From: Phoronis australis
Lineage: Eukaryota; Animalia; Phoronida
DNA length: 64,000 nt
Reading direction: 5' to 3'
Assembly: GCA_002633005.1 (NCBI GenBank)
Contig: NMRA01000041.1
Coordinates: 873,294 to 937,293, forward strand
Position numbers and translations under genes: made by a program. The notes beneath the pieces were generated by a model, which was not told the DNA's origin, made no database searches, and saw only the letters and a program-made list of their open reading frames with translations. Shown piece by piece: positions 30,627 to 41,831 of this stretch. Position 1 is the stretch's first letter; each line of letters opens with the position of its first letter.

Positions 30627-30656
<30 letters not shown>
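30627..30656. repeat. (CT)n microsatellite
   Basis: Pure ct run. Confidence 0.95.
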
Positions 30657-30659
<3 letters not shown>

Positions 30660-31031
30660 AGTTTCGGCGTCGCAACCTCAAATAATAATTAAATACTTTG
30701 GTCATGGGCAGGGTTTGGCATTCCAGGGCTAGAGTTCGTTGGCTTGTTTCACGAAACCGGAAGTTAAAGGCGAAGGCAACCTTTTCCATGTCATTTTCAG
30801 CTAAAATAAGGTTGGTTGGTTATCCTAGACATGTTTTCCACTTAATTACAGCTTTTCGTAATTTTATTAATTACTCGTCCGCTACTCCGGAAGTGACGTT
30901 TTAGGAGGCAAGCATTTCGCGCCAATTTCTTTTCATATAGTCTGACTGTGAGAGCTGCCGAGTCAGTCATTGTTCTACCTCGGTTGTGTTAAGTTCTGTT
31001 GTCGTTTGCTTTCATTTACTAGTCAGTCAAC

Positions 31032-31519
31032 ATGCCACACTGTTGCTGCGTACCAGGATGTAATAATTATCGGCTCACGCACGCTTTGGGAGTACCTTTG
31101 CATCGCTTTCCGATGGATGACACACTTCGCCGTACTTGGCTCGTTCGTGTGAAGAACGCAGCGTTACCTGTCCACGCAACGTACAAAGCAGTGGAGAATT
31201 ACCGTGTGTGTGGCAAGCACTTTCTGCCGTTCGATTACGAAAGGGATTGTACGTTGAACTGATGAAGGTCCCTGCGAAACAACGTCTGAAGAAGGATACC
31301 ATTCCGTCTGTGTTGATTCCCGGCAGTGCCCCATCGCCACCCCCGAGAAGTGCGTTTTTGAAGCGAGAAGCCTCGCGAGCTGTGGCCAGTACAGTGACTG
31401 GAGCCAGTGGAGGCACTTCATTACTGTCACCCGTGCCTCCGAACGTACCCCAGAGCGTGCAATTCCTAGAACCAGTAGTGATTCGCCCTGTGCTGTTTTC
31501 TCCAGCCCAGAGCCTCTAA
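31032..31519 (+). pseudogene. THAP (C2CH zinc finger) domain ORF with a one-base frameshift near 31248; probably DNA-transposon-derived
   Basis: MPHCCCVPGCNN...LHRFP...RRTW...RVCGKHFLPFDYERD continues in another frame as LYVELMKVPAKQRLKKDTIPS (AVPT-like box). Adding one T (GAT TTG TAC) joins the frames. ETS-like ccggaagt sites lie upstream at ~30757 and ~30887. Confidence 0.8.
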
Positions 31520-31571
31520 GCAGCCCTGCAGCGATATTGAGTAGTGGGAGTGATTACAGGCTCAGTTCGAN

Positions 31572-32444
31572 TGTGTAACATCTGCGTCCACACTGAATAC
31601 AGCTCGGGTTGTCAGTAAGACCCCAAATAGCAAGGTTGCTGGGAGTAGTCAGTACATCATAAACAGATCTGATGAGAAACTTTGCTTTCAAAGGCGACAT
31701 CTTCCACAAATCCGCCCACTTTATTTCCCTTTGCAAGACTTTGTGCCACTTTGTCCACGCCCCCTGCTGACCCATCTAGACTGCTCGGGCATACCTTTCT
31801 TCGTTCTCTGACAATCTAACTTCTCTGATTCTTCTGTCTCTGTCTGGGTTTTTAAATCTCTTCCTTACTGGATTCCCGGTCTTGTAGCCCAGTCCTTGCC
31901 TACCCTGGCAAGCAGTTCCTATTAATTGCTTGTGCCTCAGCCGGCTTTCTGCTTCGCTGATTGCCGATGTGGTGGACCACTTACTGCCGGTGCGTGACTG
32001 GGTGATGCAACCAGTGATGGCCTGGTCAGGTGTATTCCGCAGAGTGATACTGGCTCGCACTTTGGTAACTTTATATTCCTCCACCACAGATGTGACCGGT
32101 AGAACAAGTTTCGATTACTTGCAGTACAGCCCGACGTTGCTAAATGATGCAGGTAGACCAAGCCACCTTCGAATGAACCGGCTCGCTGCTCTTTCCATTT
32201 CCTCAGCTGAAGACGACGTGACGTCGTAGATTAACAGTGGCCACATAAGCTTCGGGAGCAAGATGAATTGGTAGCACCAAAGCTTGAATCTTCCGGGTAT
32301 GCCGTCTTTGTCGATCTTCTCAAGCCAAACCTTGAGCTGGGATGTGTCTCGTAGGCTGCTATCATAGTACTTGCCAAGGCACTTGACTGGTTGTTCACTT
32401 ATTGTTGGAATTCTGCAACCTGCTATCGATAATCCGGTTTGCAT
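31572..32444 (-). mobile_element. Decayed non-LTR retrotransposon fragment (RLE-type, Hero/NeSL-like): RT C-terminal part to the start of the zinc knuckle
   Basis: Frameshifted ORFs giving EQPVKCLGKYYD, GRFKLWCYQFILLPKLMWPL, RFIRRWLGLP, VEEYKVTKVR, AESRLRH..GRQGLG, KFLIRSVYDVL.TPSNL..WG..DNPSCIQCG. Contains an internal stop and is cut by the N at 31571. Confidence 0.85.
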
Positions 32445-33017
32445 TTGCTCTTAATTCTATCAAATCAAACAGAGTTATTGACTACAGACTTTCCGGAAAA
32501 GTGAAGCCGATATGAATTCTTGTTTGCAACATTTAGTGCCCAAGGGGAGATTTCCGTGATAACAGCAGCGGTATTTGACTGTAAGAGATTCTTTAGTGCA
32601 TCAAATACGTTAGTTGAAGATACTCCAAGCTTTACATACGTCAATTTAGAACACAGGACGAGTTTCGTCAGTCTAAAGACAACACTAAAATTCGTAACTT
32701 TCAGCTCCGTTTGTTAAAACTCGTTTCATGATGTTGTGAACTAAAATAAAGCAGAAAGAGTATATCTTTACTACGAAACTCTTCATATTTGAACCAAAGA
32801 CGAAGTATCTTTGTAACTTGCAACCCCTGTGAGAATCGACGAAGCCAATTACGGAAACCATGACTTTTGCAGAGATTTTACATTGCATAGCAAAAAAACA
32901 ATGATACAAGATCAATAATGCATAAGCACCTGTCAGGGACCCAAACCTGTATACAAATCGACTACACGAATTTCAGATATATCAGCTCATTCAGTTTTAT
33001 CTCGTTTTGGCACAACG

Positions 33018-34968
33018 ATGGCGATGAATAACATGAAAACTATATTTTTCGCGTATCTCACAATCAAAGAGATATCTTCAGTCCCATGTCAACGTACTAT
33101 TTTTAAATTTTTTGAAGGAGAGCTTGGGATGACACACATAACAACAAATCTATGGGTTCAGTCTTGGCTCGACTGTGCCTTGGTTTGCCTCCATGATGAC
33201 ACATGTGGGGCTATCGCGTTTTCGCCAACTCTTCAACGATGTCGCACGTTTTGTTTCAATGACGCCGGTAACCAGATTTTGCAGCGTCACGGAGACTGGA
33301 GTTATTTTGAGAAAACTGCATTCGTCGTAGAAAAGTGTATGACAGGTAATGTATTGCTTAAAGGATATAGGTTGTGCGAAAGGGTCGCAAAGATAATTTT
33401 TGAAACGAACGGTTTTCTTTAAAATCGTACATTTCCATATTTTGAATGACACATTTTAATTGAACACGCGAGAGTGATTGAGATTCATTGTTTTAATTTT
33501 AGATCTTTCATATTATATGAACAACGTTCTTTCACATGCTTAAATCTATTCAACAATTTGAGTGTCAAGTGAAAAAATACTAATATCGATTACTATATAA
33601 TGGCTGTTATCTCGAAACCAACACATTTACTTCTCATGGATGAATAAAAATTGGATAGAGGACGTGTCATGGGAACATAATGCAGACAACGTACCACGCA
33701 GCCGTAAACACAAAACCCTGAGATAAAACGTACTGCAAGGTTTTTCTATGAGCAAATTTCTTGCGAGAAAAGCGAGACCACACAAGTTTTCGCGAGATAT
33801 CGCCTTACATTAAAAACGAAGTGTTAGCGGAACGCTCCCCTTCCGGGTTTCGAAATACCGCAGACTTTAAAAGAATACCAAACCTCGTTTCGGTGATTTC
33901 AACCAATCTGCTCCAAACCTTTGGAGGTTTTTAAAGATTACCGGAGTATTATTGTGTTGCAGAGAGCTGGATGGGAAAGTTCTTTTTAATATCTGTTGAT
34001 AGCTCAAAACCAGATTGGTGTCGAATTAAAGTGACATACAAAGTGAAAAACCAGATAAATTGCATTATTCAAATTTTAATTCAGTCATTAAAAGTATATA
34101 TTTTCTAAAAGTAGGAAACCTGTATAGAATTTGATTTTTGACTTTTTATTAATCCTGCATTCAATGAGTCATGTGACCAAATATATTTACATTGATAGCA
34201 AAGTAACGGTAGCAATAAAAAAGATAGCAACATTTGAATCAAGTAGAAATTTGTCAAGACGCTATCAGTCCGGCAGAGCCCCATACATCCTTGAAAACCA
34301 TTGTTTTGGTTCATACTTTTGGTTGAAAGTTGTTCTGGCGGGCTTTCGCTGCACGTGGTAAATCTATGGTCCGAATGGAGTTAAGAAATCTTTTCAATAG
34401 CAAGATTCACAGACACTAGCGTAATTTTATAATAAGATTTTGAAACAGTTTGCGTTTCCGTCTTGCGTGGGTCTATAAACTATAATGCATTATTGATTCT
34501 GTGCAACGAGTTCGTGTTCGACGGAATAAAGAAACGGCAGGTTTTAAATGGTTTTACGTTTTCTTAAAATCATTAGATGCATGTCCATGTTTCTTAGTTT
34601 TGCACAGTGGCTCGTCATTTATTGCTTTGAGAACACGGATGTAAAAAATTGAAAAGTTCACGCTTTCCTGTTTTATCATTTCCACATTATGCAGACCCAG
34701 GGTGTTATACTGATGAACAAGACTCAAGAGACTTGCCCAGACTTATCCACTACTCTCTCCATATAATACCACACGTGAGCTTTGCCGCCAAAGATGTCGT
34801 GAAAAGTCATACAAGTACGCTGGGGCACAGGATGGCAGAGAATGTTGGTGTGGTAACCAATACGGTCGCCATGGTAAGGCTCTGGAATTTGAATGTTCCC
34901 GTACATGCACAGGGGAAAAAACTGAGACGTGTGGTGGATCATTCCGAAACTATATCATGAAAACTTAG
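33018..34968 (+). pseudogene. PAN/apple + WSC domain protein, paralogue A; two exons (33018-33345, 34695-34968) with a frameshift in exon 2
   Basis: Exon 1 reads SWLDCALVCLHDDTCGAIAFSPTLQRC (PAN) and ends G|GTAATG. Exon 2 starts DPGCYTD..RDLP, but the WSC continuation (CRQRCREKSYKYAGAQDGRECWCGNQYGRHG..C...CTGEKTETCGG..RNYIMKT*) is in another frame from ~34755-34765. The exon length of 274 nt is incompatible with the phase. Confidence 0.8.
33867..34029. mobile_element. Internally deleted TTAA-flanked TIR element (same family as 37632-37976)
   Basis: ttaa|aagaataccaaacc..ggtgatttcaaccaatc ... tttttaatatctgtt...gattggtgtcgaa|ttaa. Confidence 0.55.
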
Positions 34969-35102
34969 TTTAACCAGCATTCTAAAGAATGTGTTTAAGT
35001 GGCGCGTCGTGTGGTTTATGACATAGATCAGCGTTATTGTGGATTTTTGTGTTTGTGGAGTTCCAACTGGATATGTCTGTGAACTGTCCGTGTTAGATTT
35101 AG

Positions 35103-36322
35103 AACAAGAGCAACGTTCGCAGAGGGTTGAAATGCGCCCACGAATGCATCGCAAATGGTGTGCTTTTAGGGTTGTTTGCTTGTATCAATAAAATGGCCAC
35201 TAGATGGCGCAAAATACGCCGAATCCTTCTGAAAACCAAAAAATGTCATTGTTACTTTAAAAGAAAGCCATTTACCAACTTTAATTAAAATTCTCTGAGG
35301 AATTTCAGAGAAACAGAGGAAAACAAAAAAAAAACGAAATTGCCACTAGAGGGCACAGTGTTCATCGGATCCGTCTAAAAGAAAATCATCGGCAACCGTC
35401 CCCTTCATAGAAAGTACATACATGCCAACTTTCATAATCATCCTTAGAACGGTTTGGTTGACAGAGGGACTAACGCAACAAAATAGACTCAAAAACAACA
35501 AAAATGGCCACTAGGTGGCGCAAAAAACTTGAATCAATCCGAAGATGAATGGCTAGCGTCACCTCACTAATGGATGTCTATGTGCCACATATTTTATGGA
35601 AATCTGTTGAGTACCTTTGAAGATACAGCGATAAACGTAAAAAACTTAAATTGCCACAAGGGGGCACACCGGTAGACCGATCTAGTGTCCGAAAGTCGAT
35701 GTCGTCTGTTGTCAACTTTATATAAATACATTTTCTAAATTTAATAAAGATCCTGTAGAGCGTTTAGGAGATACAGCCATGGGCGCAAAAACAAACAAAA
35801 CTGCCACTAGGAGGCGCCACAGTAGTCGAAGTCATCGGAAAATCATCGTCAACAGTCTTCTTCATAGTAAGATCGCACATGCCAATTTTCACAATCATCC
35901 TTACAGTGGTTTGGGTGTTAGAGGAGCGGACGCCAAAAAACTACTCGAAAATAGTAAAACTGGCCACTAGATGGCGCAAAATCCATCGAAGCAATCCGAA
36001 AACGGAAGGAAACCTTCGACTCGATGACTGGAATAGATGCCTATGTACGAAATTTCATGAAAATCGGTTGAAGACCTTTGAAGATACAGAGGCAAACGTA
36101 AAAAAATTGCCACTAGGGGGCACAGCGGTATTCGGGTCGGTCCGAAACTCGCCGCCCTCTGTTGTACATGTAGACTCCATAGGAACACACCTGCCAAATT
36201 TCAATATTGCCTGCAAGGGGTTTAGGAGATACAGCCGCGGACGCCGGACACCGGACGCCAAGACGCTCAGACAGAGATGACGGCAATATGCGACCACATA
36301 TAAATATGTGGGCGCATAATAA
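35103..36322 (+). mobile_element. Apparently full-length Helentron-associated (HINE/pearl-like) element with seven ~146-165 bp subunits
   Basis: Starts aacaagag. A 5' subterminal atgcgcccac (35132-35141) is the reverse complement of gtgggcgcat (36308-36317) in the 3' hairpin (36288-36317). A ggacgccggac microsatellite precedes the hairpin. Unit cores lie at 35195, 35341, 35506, 35652, 35802, 35962 and 36108. Confidence 0.8.
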
Positions 36323-37631
36323 AATAGCCGCGTGGAAGAAAATGGAGTTGAATGTCTTAGCCCCTCTCCGTTGTAAGGAATGCACGCCCTCCGAGGAAAT
36401 GTTGTGAGTCACAACATTTCCTTTATTTCACCAGTTTAGAACTAATTAAGGCTTTCATCAATGGAGAACCCTCATTAAGACAGTAATATTTCGCAAAATA
36501 GCTAAAAAAAGGTCGATACTATTCCAATAACAGACTCTGGCGTAATAGTCAGCAATTATACAATTGCTTAAACATACTTAGTAATTAGTGTGATAAGGTG
36601 AAAGTACAGTCTGAAAGACAGCAGGGGAAATCTACTTCTACACATATCGATGAAGCATAGCTGCAAGAACTAAGGTGACTTTGGCGAAGAATTCCAACTC
36701 CACCTTTTGGTTACCGTTAAATTTTTCACCGCATGCGCGATAACCACTATTGAGACACGTGAGTTAGGCAAAGGCTAGTAGCGCGAAACAGAACGAAGCG
36801 CGCGACATTTGCAAAATAGCATGGGAAGATGTCAGGTGAAATTTGTAAGATTTGTGTCCCTTGGACTTTTTATTCGTCAACATGCGTGATTTCACGTAAC
36901 TTCCTCAAACTGGCACTCGGTGAGAGAAACTCAAGCAAACCGCGACAGAATTTCATGGATATGTTCAAGTTACGCTGATTAAATTGTATCCAGAGTCATG
37001 GCATGTGTTAATTACAACTCCATGTGCCTATATGCATGTTTCGTTCGATTTTATTTGCTGTATTTTGGAATGGGTAACTTTTTATGGGGATGTACTATCG
37101 CCTCTGTATGCCTGCGGCATTCACGGCGATGTATTTGATTGCGCACTGACTGTTACATGGCCATGGATCGTATGCGTCTCAGTCAAGTCTGTTCTTCCCC
37201 GGCGGGCGGTCGTTGCATGACGACTCGTTGGCCTCAAAATTCTATTCGTCAGTAATCCCTACTCTGAGTGAAGCGGAATCTTTTTGTTGACGAAGTCTGC
37301 CATTCTAAATTGACCGCCATTTAGCAACGTACAGTATTGTGGCAACAAATCCATATGTTTGCTGTTGACAATGAGGATAGAAGAGGCGACTTTGAAAGCA
37401 CTGCCCCCNCCCCCCCCCCCCCCCACCTGAAACTGGTTACAGATGGATATAAAAGACCCCGAAATCGATAGGAACAGGAAGACATGGCAGCCGACATTAC
37501 AAAAATGCCGACGACAATGACATCGAAGACACCGAATGTTGTTTTTCACCCACCTGTATACCTCAGTTGTTGCGTGTTCGCTTTCAAACTGGTGCTTTGA
37601 ATTTACACACTGAGCTTTCATTCACGTGCAT

Positions 37632-37976
37632 TTAAAAGGAAACTAAACCCTGTTTACGTGATTTCAACCAATCCACGTTCTGCCACCTTTTAATGCATTA
37701 TTGGTGTCCCACTTGAGTGATAAAAGCGAAACTGAACTAAAAACTCACAATATCTTTGTCACAGATAGTCGTGAGTGGCCTTTCCCTGCAGTTGTGTAAC
37801 TCGCCTAAAGCGTAAGTCAGGCTTGCCCGTTTAGCAGGATTTCTAAGGAATTTTCCTAACAATTTTTGAGGGATGTCGAGGGTTACAGGGCATTGTTTTG
37901 TTTCAGAGGATTAGATGGAAACGTCATTTTTAATATCTGTTTATAAGCCCAAAACATAGATTTGGTATCCTTTTAA
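37632..37976. mobile_element. Non-autonomous DNA transposon with TIRs and TTAA flanks (Kolobok-like); related partial copies at ~128-420 and ~1835-2125
   Basis: Left end ttaa|aaggaaactaaa and right end tttggtatcctt|ttaa. The internal gttgtgtaactcgcctaaagcgtaag..gcttgcccgtttagca is shared with 305-350 and 2012-2057. Confidence 0.65.
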
Positions 37977-38535
37977 GTGATTACGGAAGCAAGAATTCCG
38001 ACAGCATTTTCAGAATGTCCAACAAGGGATTTTTCTACACCGCGAGTCATTATTGCAACTACTTACCGACCCCAAACACAGCTCCTCCCGACTCACAAAC
38101 CTAGTTCACTGACCACCTAATACGAAATCCGCGAATCCCATTGCTGGAATGTGTTTTATTTTTGAGCCACAAAAAGGATGTCCCGTTTCTAGATAAAAAA
38201 CTGTTTAAGTTGAACAAGAAATGACGGCAATGATTCAGGTATGCACATATGCCCTCCAAAAACAGGGTAAATTCAAACCGTATTTTCCTTACTTTACATC
38301 TGATGACTATTCCAAAGCACTATGAAATCAATTTTGCTACTTGATTTTGATGAAACAACGAACGATACTATATTGACAACGTCAACATTAGCGTACATTA
38401 AGTATCATTACAATAACTGACCATCTGACGAAATCTCAAGACCTTAGTAAACAACAACACATACATGTAGGCTACACTGCGGGGTAAATAAAGTATCCAG
38501 TACTACATAATATATAGTCTCGAGGTAGTGTTACA

Positions 38536-39982
38536 ATGATTGGACATGCAAAACCAATGTTGCTGTTTTTTATTTACGTGCATTTCACAATCATGCGTAT
38601 AATGTTTGTCCAATGCGGACAAATGGTTTTCAGAATTTCTGAAGGAAAACTTGGAATAAAGCACATAACAACTAAACAGTTGACTGCCTCCTGGTTAGAC
38701 TGTGCAGATATATGTCTCCATGACAACACATGTGGAGCGTTCGCGTTTTCGCCAAGTCTCCAGCGATGTCTCACCTTCTGTCTCAACGATGCCATCGAAC
38801 AAATTTTGCAACATCATTCGGACTGGAATTATTTGGAGAAAACTGGATTCGTCCCAGGACGTTGCGTGACAGGTGAATATTATGAGAATCTAAGATACAT
38901 AGTTGCCTTTTACCAATGAGTGGTGATGACGCCGTTACCGACGCTGTATATTAGGCTTAAAGGTAATAAAAAGACAGTGGGTGAGTGAAACTTATCAAAA
39001 TACCTATGTTTTCCAGGCTTAACTGAACATTGACAATGGTGTAGCGCATAACGAAGTTATAAAGCGAGCGCCGGCTAAAAGTGAACACGACTTCACCGAA
39101 ACACCCGACTGTAACTTTATTTACTTATTTGTAATCTGATTCAATGAAGATTTCAAATTTTCAGTTGTCTATGAAACATAAATGGCTCGAAGTGGGCGAT
39201 TGATAAGATAAGAAGTTAGAGCAAATTATTTGCAGTTTCTCTTATGGACTAATCAGTCTACCCTAGCCAGGAAATTAGAAGTACTGGAAATAATCTGTTT
39301 TCTTCTGTTTAATGTTTTTTGTTTTTAAATTAAATTGTATTTTGTCGTACACGATTGTTTGATGTCAATTATACAAACATACAACCCGACATGTTTGGTT
39401 TAGCTTAAAGATGAAATTTGCATACTTTCTGACTTTAGCTGGAAACCAGTTTAGAATTCCAAGAACTATCTAAAAATGTTGCACTCTTTCTCTTAAATAA
39501 AAGTATAAATTATTTGCCAGGTATTTTGTTCTATTTTACCCGCCACGATGTCACCTGAAGGTGTTATGCTTTATTCGCGTGCACTGAGCAAGTAGTTAGG
39601 CTAATCGGTAACACTATAGAGCATGCAAGAATCAGTTTATGTGGAATGTCAGACTTCGTTTCTATTTTGGTAAGTTTGGTCTTTGCTGACAGTGTTATCC
39701 ATATTCGCTTTTGCAGACCCCGGGTGTTACATTGATCGACCAACCAGAGATTTGCCTTATCGTGCCTACCGGTCTGTTAGAAACACGCGTGATTACTGCC
39801 GCTCATTTTGTCGTGCCAAATCGTACACGTTTGCCGGAGTTCAATACAGGACCCAATGTTGGTGTGGTAACCAGTACGGCCGGTATGGAAAAGTCCCGGA
39901 AACTGAATGCCGTCAAGCGTGCTCAGGCGACCAAACTGAGACGTGTGGGGGAACTTGGCGAAATTATGTCATGAAAACTTAG
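38536..39982 (+). CDS. PAN/apple + WSC domain protein, paralogue B, probably secreted; two exons (38536-38872, 39717-39982), 200 aa, intact
   Basis: Hydrophobic N-terminus (MLLFFIYVHFTIMRIMFVQCG) and PAN motif SWLDCADICLHDNTCGAFAFSPSLQRC. A phase-1 GT-AG intron precedes the WSC domain DPGCYID..RDLP...CRSFCRAKSYTFAGVQYRTQCWCGNQYGRYG....ECRQACSGDQTETCGGTWRNYVMKT*. Confidence 0.9.
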
Positions 39983-41404
39983 ATTAATGAATATTTAAAC
40001 GTTCTTGCCGTAATCGACAGTCGATAGCAGCTACCTGCAGTACCACCACCACCACCACCGTCACGTGAACACCAACACCGTCACGTGAACACAAACACCG
40101 GCAACTTTAATAGCAACAAGACTTTTAAGAACAAGAGCAACTAGTACGGTTTGTTGCTAGAGTTGACTGATGTCTGCGTACTGAATAAGCTAAACATTTC
40201 CCACAAGGATTGCCTTCTGTCATGTACATGCATCGCGTCTTTAAAGCTTAATGGCGAGTCTTTGAAGTTTACAGAAAAGGATTGAGTTAAGCTACGCCAA
40301 ACGAACCTGTTGTTCTGCCAGCTGTACGGAACGAACGTAAACAGCGTTTCCCATGAGTAAAAAGGTCGAGAATTCACCTGTCAGGCATTAAACCTTTCCT
40401 TGTTAACGGGATGGAAAAAATAAATTTGAGGTCGAAATGGGTAGGTGTAACAAAATATTGTTTTCTAACAGAATTTCCAAGTTTGTATTCTTTTATTTCA
40501 TTTCAATTAAAATGCGAACGCACATCTTCAACATTGCGGTGTAAATTTTCCTTAGCCGTATTCCATCTTAGTGTGTGTTATGAAGACTTTAGTGTGCCGT
40601 TACCGACGTAAAATGGATAAAATGTGTCTATAAATGGCGTTGCAGTCGTCATTAAGCAATGCCGAGACTGCAGACATACCATACTAACAGTGTCAACACT
40701 ATCTTTAGTGTTTTCAATTTCACATAGGGCTGGAGAAGCGATAGGCCGGTTACGTTTCTCTTTTTCGAGTCTGATTGTGTGTATGATTTAAGGCTTTTAA
40801 AAAGCGGCATTTCCCCCTGTTGAGCCAGCTGAAAAAACGGAATTCGAATTGGGCTTTTTACTCGTAAGATCGGTATCCTGGTCTTGATAAAATTCCACTT
40901 TCTTCACCAACTCAAGTTATAGGTCAATGGAATTCAATTGTTTTTTCAGCCACAGATGAATTGGATATTAGCGCCTGCTGGGTTGCTTGGGGATTTTAAG
41001 TTTTGTGCTTCACTTTGTGAAGGATGGGCACGACAAATGGTATTTGCTGGATTTTTGAGTCTTCTCTGATTGAAAGAATTGTTGTCCCCTTAAGCTACAT
41101 TTGCACAGTCATGGCTTTTCTTAAATCTTTACTGCTTGCAAACGGAAAGCTGGAATTAAGCAAGAAACTCAGGTACCATTCAACACTTTACTTTATAAAA
41201 CATACCCTCAGTTCGTAGTCACCGCATGTGAATGATGGCTTTGAGGTGAAAATCGCTGATTTGTTGTACTCATTTTGTTCGATTGCAATAGCGGTAGGTT
41301 TGTACACTATGTAAATTAGAATGTTGGAGCTGCCAACCCCTCTTTTTTCAAGCCCAAAACCAGGAAACACTGTTGAGTGCCACCACCAGGCAACGGGTAT
41401 ATGT

Positions 41405-41831
41405 CAGCGTTCGAAATACATGGTGGCCCGGGGCCAGGGGATTTACGGCAAAGCCAGTAACTTTTAAAAGTTACTGTCCCGGTGGGCCATTAATTTTCAG
41501 ATATAGGCCCGCATAAATTTGGCGTCATATTCATTTTATTTAAAAAAGTCTATTGATTAATTTTGTTTGCCTCTCACCTCTTGAACGCCAACGAGTTTAC
41601 TTTTAAACCTTGTGGGCAATAAATAAATCCTCACCTAGAGTTAATAGCAAAACAAATGAGGGTTCTCTAGCACAATCACATTTAAGTGTAGTGCAAAAGA
41701 AAAAGATTGAGAAAAACGTAGCTAATTAGGATGTTAAAAGCAGGACCGGTAACTTGGCAGCCGAGCCAGTAAGTTTTCAGACTAACTGACCCGGTGAGCC
41801 AGCACATTTATTTGCTGAAGTTCGAACACAG
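41405..41831. mobile_element. hAT-like MITE
   Basis: Imperfect 11-bp TIRs cagcgttcgaa / ttcgaacacag. The 8-bp flanks gtatatgt / gcacatgc differ only by transitions (degenerate TSD). Subterminal gccagtaa and cccggtg.gcca repeats occur at both ends. Confidence 0.6.

Noticed and set aside
32460-32717. ~85-codon stop-free minus-strand frame next to the RT fragment
   Set aside because: No start codon, matching splice sites or recognisable motif
35190-36130. CRISPR-like regularly interspaced repeats
   Set aside because: The sequences between the cores are homologous to each other and far too long; the termini indicate a Helentron-associated element
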